This document shows, in pieces, positions 55,149 to 64,000 of a stretch of DNA of 64,000 nt. This DNA comes from Pseudomonadota bacterium (GTDB lineage: Bacteria > Desulfobacterota > Desulfobulbia > Desulfobulbales > SURF-16), in assembly GCA_018897105.1 (NCBI GenBank), contig JAHILF010000066.1:15021-79020 (forward strand), read 5' to 3'. Under the pieces are notes generated by a model. It made no database searches, was not told where the DNA came from, and saw nothing but the letters and a program-made list of their open reading frames with translations. Positions within the stretch are counted from its first letter, which is position 1, and every line of letters begins with the position of its first letter. The position numbers and the translations under genes were made by a program.

Positions 55149-56750
55149 TCATCCTGCGACAACAGGAATTTTCACGGTAAAGGTTGTCCCGCGTCCGGTT
55201 TCGCTCTCCACCGCGATATCCCCCCCATGCTTCTTGATGATGTCATAAGAGATGCTCAGCCCGAGCCCCGTGCCCTTGCCGACATCCTTCGTCGTAAAAA
55301 ACGGCTCAAATATCCGGGAAAGGTTCTCCGCAGCAATGCCGCAGCCGGTGTCGGCAATGGAGACAAAAATCCAGTTAGTTTCCTGCCATGACCTGATGCG
55401 TATCTCTCCCTGTTTGGCAATGGCCTGGGCGGCGTTGACCAGAAAATTCATGAATACCTGGTTCAGCTGCTGGGGATTGCAGAGGGTCTGTGGAATATCT
55501 CCGTAGTCTTTCGTAACGGTGGCCTTATATTTGAGTTCATTCCAGACGATATTCAGCGTGGCCTCCAGACATTCATTGATATCGGCAGCCTGCCGCCTGG
55601 CCTCATCAATTCGGGAAAAGCTCTTCAGCCCCCGGACAATGGTGCTCACCCTGCCCGTGCCGTCCAGGGACTCCCTGATCAGGTCTTTGGCATCTTCGAT
55701 AATATAATCAATTTTGAGTTCTTTTCTGGCCGCCTGCAACTGTTCGCGCAAATCACTGATCACGGCCTTGTCCTGCAGGTCGATGTACTCCGTCAACCGG
55801 CCGATATATTTCGCCAGGGTGCCAAGGTTGCTGGAAACAAAACCGACAGGGTTATTGATCTCATGGGCAACGCCTGCCGCGAGCTGGCCGACCGAGGCCA
55901 TTTTCTCCCGCTGCAGCATCTGCGACTGAGTTGCCTTCAGATCGGCATATGCCTCTGCGAGCTCCTTCACCGCCTTTTTCCGGAGGGTGATATCCTTGAA
56001 GTCCTCCACAATGCCTATCAGCTGGCCATCAGGCCCATAAAAAGGAGCCGCCGTCAGAGAACAGGTGATACGCTCATGATCGGTAAGGACTTTATCAACC
56101 TCATATTCAACTGTTTTCCGGCCACTTCTGATTAAGGTAAGAGGACAATCGGGGGAATGACATTTCGCTCCGCCGAAAATATCAAAGCACTTTTTACCGA
56201 TCACCTCTTCCATGCTGAGGCCGACCATTTGCAGAAAATTACGGTTGACCCGGATAACGGTATAGTTGTTGTCAACAACCCGCATACCGGCTGAGGCGGC
56301 ATTGAAGATATAATTCAGTTCAGCATGGGATGCCTTGATCCGTTTCTCGATTTTCTTTCTTTCCTCCAGTTCATTCTCGAGTTTTTCATTGGTTTCGGCT
56401 AACTGCATTGTCCGCTCCCTGACCCGTTCTTCAAGGACTTCATTGGCTTCGTTGATCCGCCTGGTGGTTTTGATGGATAAGCCGATGACCAGAAACACAA
56501 AAAAGGCGCCACCCAGAAAAACAAGACTGGTCAGCAGTTCCAGGGAAAAAAGATGATGGGATATCTGCAGGAACAGAAAACCGATATAGGCTGCCAGGCT
56601 GAAAACCATCAGGCCGGTCATGAGGTGCCACCTGCCGGCAAGCTCCCGGGGCACATCCCTGTTCCTGCTGAAATTAAGATAAATTGAGGCAGCGAGAAAG
56701 ACCGCGCCTACGACAACAAAAATAATGTGCAGCAGCGAAATTATTCGCAT
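55149..56750 (-). CDS. Membrane sensor histidine kinase (3 TM, coiled coil, Cys-motif PAS, HisKA, HATPase)
   Basis: EKMASVGQLAAGVAHEINNPVGF; KKCFDIFGGAKCHSPDCPL; GTGLGLSISYDIIKKHGG. Confidence 0.9.
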   Translation of the reverse strand: MRIISLLHIIFVVVGAVFLAASIYLNFSRNRDVPRELAGRWHLMTGLMVFSLAAYIGFLFLQISHHLFSLELLTSLVFLGGAFFVFLVIGLSIKTTRRINEANEVLEERVRERTMQLAETNEKLENELEERKKIEKRIKASHAELNYIFNAASAGMRVVDNNYTVIRVNRNFLQMVGLSMEEVIGKKCFDIFGGAKCHSPDCPLTLIRSGRKTVEYEVDKVLTDHERITCSLTAAPFYGPDGQLIGIVEDFKDITLRKKAVKELAEAYADLKATQSQMLQREKMASVGQLAAGVAHEINNPVGFVSSNLGTLAKYIGRLTEYIDLQDKAVISDLREQLQAARKELKIDYIIEDAKDLIRESLDGTGRVSTIVRGLKSFSRIDEARRQAADINECLEATLNIVWNELKYKATVTKDYGDIPQTLCNPQQLNQVFMNFLVNAAQAIAKQGEIRIRSWQETNWIFVSIADTGCGIAAENLSRIFEPFFTTKDVGKGTGLGLSISYDIIKKHGGDIAVESETGRGTTFTVKIPVVAG

Positions 56751-56937
56751 ATCCGATTAAACGCCTTTCAGCAAGTTGATGCCAGCCAGGAAACGGTGTA
56801 TATATCAAAGCAGAGGGCGCGCCTCCACCCCAGAGGCTGCCGCGCAGAGCGCAGCCGAAGTTCTCCGCCTCCACTCAAGCAACTTGTTCGCAAATTATTA
56901 TTTCATCTCGCATTTGGAAAACAATTCACAAAACCCG

Positions 56938-58638
56938 TCAATTCTCAGCATGCAAGGGGATTCTCACGGTGAAGGTACTCCCTTTACCGATTTCACTTTG
57001 AACTGTAATCTCTCCTCCATGGTTCTTAACGATCCCATAGCTGATGGAAAGTCCCAGCCCTGTTCCCTTACCAACTTCTTTGGTAGTGAAAAAAGGGTCG
57101 AATATGCGTGACAAATCTTTTGCAGAAATTCCTCTGCCGGTATCAGAGATAGATATATTGACACTGGTTTCATCGCTAAAGGTACGCACCGTGATTTCTC
57201 CCTGACCATCCATGGATTGGGCGGCATTGACCAAAAGATTAAGAAAGACCTGGCCCAACTGTTGAGGGTAACACTTTATTTCCGGGATATCGCCGAACTC
57301 GCGGTTGAGGTTGGCTATATATTTGATCTCGTTCCAAGCGATATTGATGGTAGTTTCCAAGGTCTCGTTCAGGTTAACCAGAGTGCAATCGGTCTGATCT
57401 ATCCGCGAAAAAGATTTCAGATCCTGCACGATCCGCCGCACGCGATCAGCTCCGTCCAAACTCTCGCTTATGAGATCTTTTGCATCCTTTGATATGTAAT
57501 CGATCTTGAGGTTTTTTCTGATACCGGCCAACTGTTCGGCATTGGTGACGTCGTCGGCATGGGATATCATCTTATCTTCGACAGCAATGAATTCTGTCAG
57601 GCGGTCGATGTATTTACTCAGAGTAGAGAGGTTGCTCATGATAAAACCCATCGGATTGTTAATTTCATGGGCTACGCCGGCTGCCAGTTGCCCGATGGAT
57701 GCCATCTTTTCCTGCTGTATCATGTGAGCCTGCGTCAGTTTGAGTTCTTCTTCCGCTTTTTTTCGTTCAGTGATATCTTTCAGTATGACCACGGTGCCGG
57801 TATATTTGAAACTAATATCCTGCATGGGACGGAAGCGGGCAAGGACCTGACACTCATTACCCTCTGATAACTCAACCAGATATTCATATTCCTTTTCATC
57901 GCCTGTTTCCCGGAACCGAGACAACTCATCTGCAAGCCATGGGAAGGGGATGCGGTTCTCCGATTGTGAATAGTAATGTCCACCTGCTTTGGCCGCCGGG
58001 TTGATCATCTGCGCTCCGGCTTGGTTCATATGGACGATACGTCTTTTGTCATCCAGCAGAAAAACCGCGGTCGGCAGGCTTTCGAATATGGTAAGGAATT
58101 TGTTCTTCTCGTTGGTGATGTCGCGATTGGCGGCCTGTAGCTCGTCAATCGCCCGGTTCATGGTTTCACTGCGGCTCCATTCGGCGCAGAAGGCAATTTC
58201 GATCCGGTCGAAGACTCGCTCGATGAAGCGGATAGAGAGCGCCCCATCATCATCGCTTTCGTTCAGGCTTTGCCCTGAAGGCTTTTGCCGGGATGGGTAT
58301 GACGTTCGAACAAGGTCAAGGTAAGTCTGCCGGTAGTATTTCATCAACCCTATGAACATCTCAAGAGTTACGCCGCGAGAGCGATGTCGCTGTGCTTCCA
58401 GAACGCCAAAGGCGGCTATTGGATCAGAAATAAAGCTGTCATCAGGCCCTAATTCCCACGGTTCCACTGAGATGGCAAGCGCTGAGGTGATGGAGTCGGT
58501 CAGCCCGACAATGGATATCCTCCAGGCTTCTTCCAGAGTAGAGGTATAACGGCTATATCCCCGTTCCACTGCATAATCACGGATACGGCGCATCAACCAC
58601 ATTTCATTTTTTTTAAGAAGTTCTGCTAAAGGATGCAT
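56938..58638 (-). CDS. Cytoplasmic sensor histidine kinase (unassigned N-terminal domain, PAS, HisKA, HATPase)
   Basis: EKMASIGQLAAGVAHEINNPMGF; GTGLGLSISYGIVKNHGG. No TM segments. Confidence 0.88.
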   Translation of the reverse strand: MHPLAELLKKNEMWLMRRIRDYAVERGYSRYTSTLEEAWRISIVGLTDSITSALAISVEPWELGPDDSFISDPIAAFGVLEAQRHRSRGVTLEMFIGLMKYYRQTYLDLVRTSYPSRQKPSGQSLNESDDDGALSIRFIERVFDRIEIAFCAEWSRSETMNRAIDELQAANRDITNEKNKFLTIFESLPTAVFLLDDKRRIVHMNQAGAQMINPAAKAGGHYYSQSENRIPFPWLADELSRFRETGDEKEYEYLVELSEGNECQVLARFRPMQDISFKYTGTVVILKDITERKKAEEELKLTQAHMIQQEKMASIGQLAAGVAHEINNPMGFIMSNLSTLSKYIDRLTEFIAVEDKMISHADDVTNAEQLAGIRKNLKIDYISKDAKDLISESLDGADRVRRIVQDLKSFSRIDQTDCTLVNLNETLETTINIAWNEIKYIANLNREFGDIPEIKCYPQQLGQVFLNLLVNAAQSMDGQGEITVRTFSDETSVNISISDTGRGISAKDLSRIFDPFFTTKEVGKGTGLGLSISYGIVKNHGGEITVQSEIGKGSTFTVRIPLHAEN

Positions 58639-58730
58639 TTTACCCAGCCTTCGCCTTTGTAGGCAGTGTGTTTAAAACGGCCACTTCCTGTCTGTTACGA
58701 GCTTGCGAACATATTATATCATAAGAGTTT

Positions 58731-60412
58731 TCATGCCGTAACCACGGGAATTTTTACCGTAAAGTTGGTGCCTCGCCCCACTTCGCTTTCCACCGTTATA
58801 TCTCCCCCGTGCTTTTTGATGATGTCATAAGAGATGCTCAGCCCGAGCCCCGTTCCTTTGCCAACATCCTTGAGTGGTAAATAAAGGCTCAAATATCCGA
58901 TGGAGGTTCTCCGCAGCAATGCCGCAGCCGGTATCGGCAATGGAGACCAGAATCCAGCCATTTTCATGGCTGGTTCTGACGCGAATCTCTCCCTGTTTGT
59001 CAAAGGCCTGGGCGGCATTGACCAGAAAATTCAAAAATACCTGGTTCATCTGCTGGGGATTGCAGAGGGTCAGCGGAATATCTCCGTATTCTTTCGTAAC
59101 GGTGGCCTTATACTTCAGCTCATTCCAGACGATATGCAGCGTGGATTCAAGACACTCATTGATATCTATCGCCTGCAGCTTGACCTCATCAACCCGGGAA
59201 AAGCTCTTCAACTCCCGGACAATGGTGCTCACCCGTGCGGTGCCTTCCAGGGATTCGCTGATCAGGTCTTTGGCATCTTCGGCAATATAATCAATTTTGA
59301 GCTCTTTTCTTGCCGCCCGCAATTCCTCTTCCGCTTCACCCGCCACGGCCTTATCCTGCAGATCAATGTACCGGGTCAACCGATCGATATATTTCGCCAG
59401 GGTGGCCAGATTACTGGTGACAAAACCAACAGGGTTGTTGATCTCATGGGCCACGCCTGCCGCCAGTTGGCCCACCGAGGCCATCTTCTCCCGCTGCAGC
59501 ATCTGCGACTGGGCGGCCTTCAGTTCGGTATGGGCCTGGGCAAGCTTCCGCTGTCCCTCCTCCAGTTCCCTGTTCTTCTCCTGCAGCTCAACGGACAGAT
59601 GCCGCGCCTCGGCAAAGGCATCCTTGAGTTCCTTCATCGACCTTTTCAGAATCGTGACATCCTTGAAGTCCTCGACAATGCCGATCAATCGGCCATCAGG
59701 ACCATAATAGGGAGCCGCCGTCAGTACGCAGGTGATACGCTCATGATCGGCAAGAATTTTATCAACCTCATATTCTACTCTTTTCATGCCGTTTTTGATC
59801 AATACCAGAGGGCAGGCCGGGGTATGGCATTTCACTCCGCCGAAAATATCAAAACACTTCTGCCCGACCACCTCTTCCAGGCTGAGGCCGACCATTTGCA
59901 AAAAATTGCTGTTGGCGCGGATAACGGTGAAATTGTCGTCAATGACCCGCATACCGACCGAGGCGGCATTGAAGATCAGATCAAGTTCCGCATGGGAAGA
60001 TTGAAGACGTTCCTCGATTTTTTTTTCTTTGCTCCAGTTCATCCTCAAGTCTTTCATTGGATGCGGCTAATTGCAACGTCCGCGCTTCGACCCGTTCTTC
60101 AAGGACTTCATTGGCTTCATTGATCCGCCGGATGGTTTCAATGGACAGGCCGATGATCAGGTACACAAAAAAGGCACCCCCCAGAAAAACAATGCTGGTC
60201 AGCAGGTCCAGGGGAAAAACATAACGGGATAGCTGCAGATACAGATATCCGCAGTAGCCGAACAGAAAAAAAATCATCAGACAGGTCAAGAGGCGCCACC
60301 TGCCGACAAGATCCCGGGGAACTTGCTTGTTCTTTCCGAAATTCAGGGAGATGGAGGCAGCGAGAAAAATCGCGCCCACGCCAACAAAAATAATGTGCAG
60401 GATGGAAGTCAT
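58731..60412 (-). pseudogene. Paralogue of the 55149-56750 kinase, broken by two 1-nt frameshifts
   Basis: Three overlapping ORFs (59981-60424, 58825-60057, 58731-59018) together reproduce the architecture of the paralogue. There is an extra base in a T9 run at 60018-60026 and a second extra base near 58868-58885. Confidence 0.8.
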
Positions 60413-60573
60413 GGTTATTTCCAATTATATACGTACCGCAATGCCGATGTCACCGGGGAAATTGTTTAAATCGTCCTTCACAACAGAGATTATTGTGATA
60501 GTATATTGACCATAACCTATACATGCACAAAATATTTTCAGAAATGTCCCTGATAAACATACGAGAAGAGCAG

Positions 60574-61830
60574 ATGGAAGATAAAACAGCCGTTCTGGTG
60601 GTGGATGACGAAGCCGGGACAAGAGATCTATTCAGCCGGTATCTTGCTGGTGCCGGATATTCCACCACATGCGCTGCCAGCGGCGAGGAGGCTCTTGACC
60701 TTTTTGCAAAAACCTCTTTCCCGCTTGTTCTGCTGGACATTACCATGCCGGGCTTGTCAGGCATTGACGTGTTACGGCAGCTGCGCAACAGTGACTCTCC
60801 CCCGGAGGTAATCATGGTGACGGCAGTGGATGATCCCGCTGTGGCCGAAACCACCCTTGAACTCGGCGCCTGCGGGTACCTTGTCAAGCCGTTTGAAAAA
60901 AATGAACTTCTCATTTATGTCGCACACGCCCTGCGCCTTCGGGAACTGGAAAGAAAAAACCGGGAATACCGCGACAATCTGGAACAGCAGGTGCAGGAGC
61001 GCACCTTGCAGCTGGAGCAGGCCTTCAGTGATCTCAAGGCATCCCAGGAGCAGCTGCTTCATCAGGAAAAACTGGCCACCATCGGTCACCTGGCCGCCGG
61101 GGTGGCCCATGAAATAAATAATCCAACCGGCTATATCGGCAGCAACCTGGGCACTCTGACCAAGTACATGGGACGCATCACCGAATTCATCTACCTGCTG
61201 GACGGTTATTGTTCCACCCTGCCGCCGGAGAAATCTGCAGAGCTGGCGGCAGCCAGGAAAAATTCCAAGATTGATTTCCTGGTGGAGGACAGCAAAGACA
61301 TCCTGATCGAATGCCTTGAGGGTGTGGGGAGGATTAAAAAAATTGTTGAAGGTTTGAAGACCTTTTCCCGTAAGGATCAGAATACTTCCTGCCTGGCCAA
61401 CGTTAACGACTGCCTGGAAAACGCCCTCACCGTTGCCTGGAATGAGCTGAAATACAAGGCCACCGTGGAAAAGGATTACGGAGATATCCCTCTCATCCGC
61501 TGCTATCCTAATCAACTCGCCCAGGTCTTCATGAACTTGCTGGTCAATGCTGCACACGCCATTGACAATCAGGGGATGATACGCATCAAAACATTTACGG
61601 AGAATGATCTCATTGTTGTCTCTATTACCGACACCGGCTGCGGCATTTCCCCGGAGATCCAGAATAAAATCTTTGCCCCCTTCTTTACCACCAAAAAAGC
61701 AGGGGTGGGCACAGGACTGGGGCTAAGCATCGTCACTGAGATTGTGGCCAGACACGGCGGGGAAATATCTGTGGAAAGCGAGGTGGGGAAGGGTTCAACC
61801 TTTACGATCAGCATACCGGTACAAGCATGA
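60574..61830 (+). CDS. Hybrid REC-HisKA-HATPase kinase
   Basis: VLVVDDEAGTRDLF..LLDITMPGLSG; EKLATIGHLAAGVAHEINNPTGY; GTGLGLSIVTEIVARHGG. Confidence 0.9.
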   Translation: MEDKTAVLVVDDEAGTRDLFSRYLAGAGYSTTCAASGEEALDLFAKTSFPLVLLDITMPGLSGIDVLRQLRNSDSPPEVIMVTAVDDPAVAETTLELGACGYLVKPFEKNELLIYVAHALRLRELERKNREYRDNLEQQVQERTLQLEQAFSDLKASQEQLLHQEKLATIGHLAAGVAHEINNPTGYIGSNLGTLTKYMGRITEFIYLLDGYCSTLPPEKSAELAAARKNSKIDFLVEDSKDILIECLEGVGRIKKIVEGLKTFSRKDQNTSCLANVNDCLENALTVAWNELKYKATVEKDYGDIPLIRCYPNQLAQVFMNLLVNAAHAIDNQGMIRIKTFTENDLIVVSITDTGCGISPEIQNKIFAPFFTTKKAGVGTGLGLSIVTEIVARHGGEISVESEVGKGSTFTISIPVQA

Positions 61831-61970
61831 TGTTGACTCAAATCAACCGGAAACAGTACCTGCACTGGCGGGAAGCTAATGTTTCAAGACTGCTGGATAG
61901 CATAGATTTCCTTTGAGCCCCGCCAGGCCACGATTTTTCCTGTGCGACATCTAAAAAAAACAGAAAACCC

Positions 61971-63014
61971 ATGAACAACAAATCGTTACTGCTGGTGGAT
62001 GATGAACCCAATGTGCTGAAGAGTCTGTGCAGGGAACTGAGTGAGACCGGTTACCATCTCTTTACCGCAGCATCGGCAAAAGAAGGCATGGAGATCGTGA
62101 AAGGACAGGATATCGGCGTTGTGTTATCAGACATGTCAATGCCGGAGATGGACGGTATCACCTTTCTCGAAGCTGTAGCGAAGATCTCGGAGGATACGGT
62201 GCGCGTCCTTTTGACCGCTTACGGGAGCCATGAAAGCGCCATCGCGGCCATAAACCGTTCGCATATTTTCGGCTATCTGACCAAACCATGGGCTAGGGAA
62301 AATCTGCAGGCAACCCTGTCCAAGGCATTTGACTATGCCAATCTCATACGCGAAAACAAAAGACTGCTGCAGCTCACCAATAACCAGAATGAACAGCTCA
62401 GGTTCATCAATGAGAATCTGGAAATAATCGTCCAGCAGCGCACCGTTGAGCTTGAGGAGGCGGTCAACGAAGGAATCGAGATGCTTGCCCTGGCAGCAGA
62501 GGCAAAAGATGATATCACCGGAGAGCATATCTACCGCATCCGGGCCCTGACCCTGAAAATCTGTTTTTCTCTCGGCATGATGGAAAAAGAAGCGGAACAG
62601 ATCTCCTTTTTCAGCGTGATCCATGACATCGGCAAAATCAATATCCCTGACAGCATCCTGAAGAAAAAAGGCCCGCTCACTGATGAGGAATGGCAAATCA
62701 TGCAGACCCATACCACAGCGGGAGAAAAAATTCTGGGGCGCAAAGCCTTTTACCGGACTGCCCGGTTGATAGCACGCAGCCACCATGAGAAATGGGACGG
62801 CAGCGGCTATCCTGACGGCTTACACGGTGAAGAGATCCCCCTGCCGGCCCGTATTGTTGCCGTGGCGGATGTGTTTGATTCTCTGACCCATGAAAGGTCC
62901 TATAAAAAAAAATGGCCTGCAGGAGAGGCCTTGGCGTATATGGAATCCCTGCGGGCGATCCATTTCGACCCTGGAGTGCTGTCAGCCTTTATGGCGGTCA
63001 GCAGGAGAGGCTGA
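61971..63014 (+). CDS. RpfG-family response regulator: REC plus HD-GYP c-di-GMP phosphodiesterase
   Basis: LLLVDDEPNVLKSL..LSDMSMPEMDG..YLTKPWAREN; HDIGKINIPDSIL; HHEKWDGSGYPDGL. Confidence 0.9.
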   Translation: MNNKSLLLVDDEPNVLKSLCRELSETGYHLFTAASAKEGMEIVKGQDIGVVLSDMSMPEMDGITFLEAVAKISEDTVRVLLTAYGSHESAIAAINRSHIFGYLTKPWARENLQATLSKAFDYANLIRENKRLLQLTNNQNEQLRFINENLEIIVQQRTVELEEAVNEGIEMLALAAEAKDDITGEHIYRIRALTLKICFSLGMMEKEAEQISFFSVIHDIGKINIPDSILKKKGPLTDEEWQIMQTHTTAGEKILGRKAFYRTARLIARSHHEKWDGSGYPDGLHGEEIPLPARIVAVADVFDSLTHERSYKKKWPAGEALAYMESLRAIHFDPGVLSAFMAVSRRG

Positions 63015-63070
63015 ACCTGTTTTTTCACTTGGCGGGATTATCCGGCATCTGAGGAACAGCGTCAGCCCGG

Positions 63071-64000
63071 TTACCCATCATCGTCAACATCGGGGTAGCG
63101 CTCAGCCATGCACTTCGGGCAGATGGCGTGGCTGAATTCTGCATGGGAATGCTCTGAGACATATTTTTCCAGTTGGTTCCAGTAACCGCTGTCATCGCGT
63201 ATTTGTTTGCAAAAGGCACAGATGGGGACAATGCCCTGTAACGTTTTGATGTCCTCCAGAGCCGCCTGTAGCTGGGCAATGAGGCGCTTCTGTTCCTCTT
63301 CGGCCATTTTTCTGTCGGTGATGTCGATTATATATTCTATCATCTGCGTTACTTCACCTGCTTTATCGAATATCGGGTAGCCATGCACCTCCACATAGGT
63401 CGTTTTTCCTTCCCCGTTGACGTGGCCGTGTTCCTTGATTGTCGGTTTCCGTGTGCGTATGACGGACTCCATGGGGCAGAAATGATCACTGCGTTCAGCG
63501 CATTTTTTTTCGCTGCCATGCGAGAGCGAATGGCAGGTTGTATCGGGCGAAAATCCGTCAGTTGCAGCTGACGAATTTGCCAGGACAATTTTACAGTCTG
63601 CTGTGTTAATGACATAAAACGGATAGGGCAGGGATTCGACGACCGTACTTAACATGTCGCGTTGTTGCAGGATGACTTCTCCCGCCTGCTGGCGTTCTAC
63701 GATTTCTTCTGAGAGTCTGTCATTTGCCTGTTGCAGATCTGCGGTGCGTTTCTCGATCAATTCTTCCAGATGATTCTGATACTCCAGCAATTCTTGCTCC
63801 GCTTTTTTGCGTAAGCTGGCTGACCTCAGAGACTGAAGTACCAGCACGCCGGACAGGAAAGAAACCAAAGCAAGAATCCCTACTGAAATGAAAATCAAGC
63901 GCCTCGTCAGAAGCTCTGTTTCCTGTCGGACATCTTCGAGATAGATGCCTGTGCCTATGATCCATCCCCATGGCGTAAAACCTTTAACAAAAGAAAGTTT
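63071..64000 (-). CDS. Sensor protein (N-terminus outside the window): Cache-like end, TM, coiled coil, Cys-motif PAS, C-terminal Cys/His-rich module; no kinase domain
   Basis: My translation of the same frame upstream of the TTG at 63898 stays open to the window edge and reads ..FTPWGWIIGTGIYLEDV.. (a Cache-type ending). The C-terminus is PICAFCKQIRDDSGYWNQLEKYVSEHSHAEFSHAICPKCM. Confidence 0.75.
   Translation of the reverse strand, partial: KLSFVKGFTPWGWIIGTGIYLEDVRQETELLTRRLIFISVGILALVSFLSGVLVLQSLRSASLRKKAEQELLEYQNHLEELIEKRTADLQQANDRLSEEIVERQQAGEVILQQRDMLSTVVESLPYPFYVINTADCKIVLANSSAATDGFSPDTTCHSLSHGSEKKCAERSDHFCPMESVIRTRKPTIKEHGHVNGEGKTTYVEVHGYPIFDKAGEVTQMIEYIIDITDRKMAEEEQKRLIAQLQAALEDIKTLQGIVPICAFCKQIRDDSGYWNQLEKYVSEHSHAEFSHAICPKCMAERYPDVDDDG

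Noticed and set aside
1-64000. A prophage, integrative element, toxin-antitoxin or defence island.
   Set aside because: No integrase, transposase, phage structural, restriction-modification or cas-like genes were recognised. The only compositionally odd gene is the single orphan at 4716-5483.

Overview
This is a 64-kb chromosomal segment with no rRNA, tRNA, CRISPR, transposase or integrase. Gene content suggests an anaerobic Desulfobacterota-like (deltaproteobacterial) genome, but that is inference only.

Left third (1-22 kb): a decayed receiver-domain remnant, a small Cys-rich ORF and a rhodanese/MBL gene. These are followed by a minus-strand futalosine-route menaquinone operon (TetR, mqnE-like, mqnC-like, amidohydrolase, mqnA, an AT-rich orphan, ubiE, ubiX, UbiA/mqnP). 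That operon is divergent from a complete L-Ara4N lipid A modification locus (arnB-C-A-D, two ArnT paralogues, arnE/F-like) with an OmpR/PmrAB-like two-component pair.

Middle (22-31 kb): an 8-bp tandem array, a frameshifted REC-GGDEF gene, class II ribonucleotide reductase nrdJ, a NarL-type two-component pair, a SplB-like radical SAM gene and ssb.

Right half (31-64 kb): a very dense signalling region with about 10 PAS/GAF histidine kinases or hybrids, HDOD, HD-GYP, DUF342 and a full che gene set.

The strongest candidate for a new system is a [NiFe] hydrogenase pair at 43.1-45.6 kb. Its large subunit ends exactly at the C-terminal His, as in sensor-type enzymes, yet its small subunit carries a twin-arginine leader. 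It sits in one co-directional gene run directly upstream of a chemoreceptor whose periplasmic loop carries a CxxCH haem-c motif, followed by a CheA-REC hybrid, CheW and a second MCP. This suggests an H2/redox taxis input.

Several short-period repeat arrays, palindromic elements and pseudogenes are also reported. All calls rest on motif recognition by eye; no searches were run.
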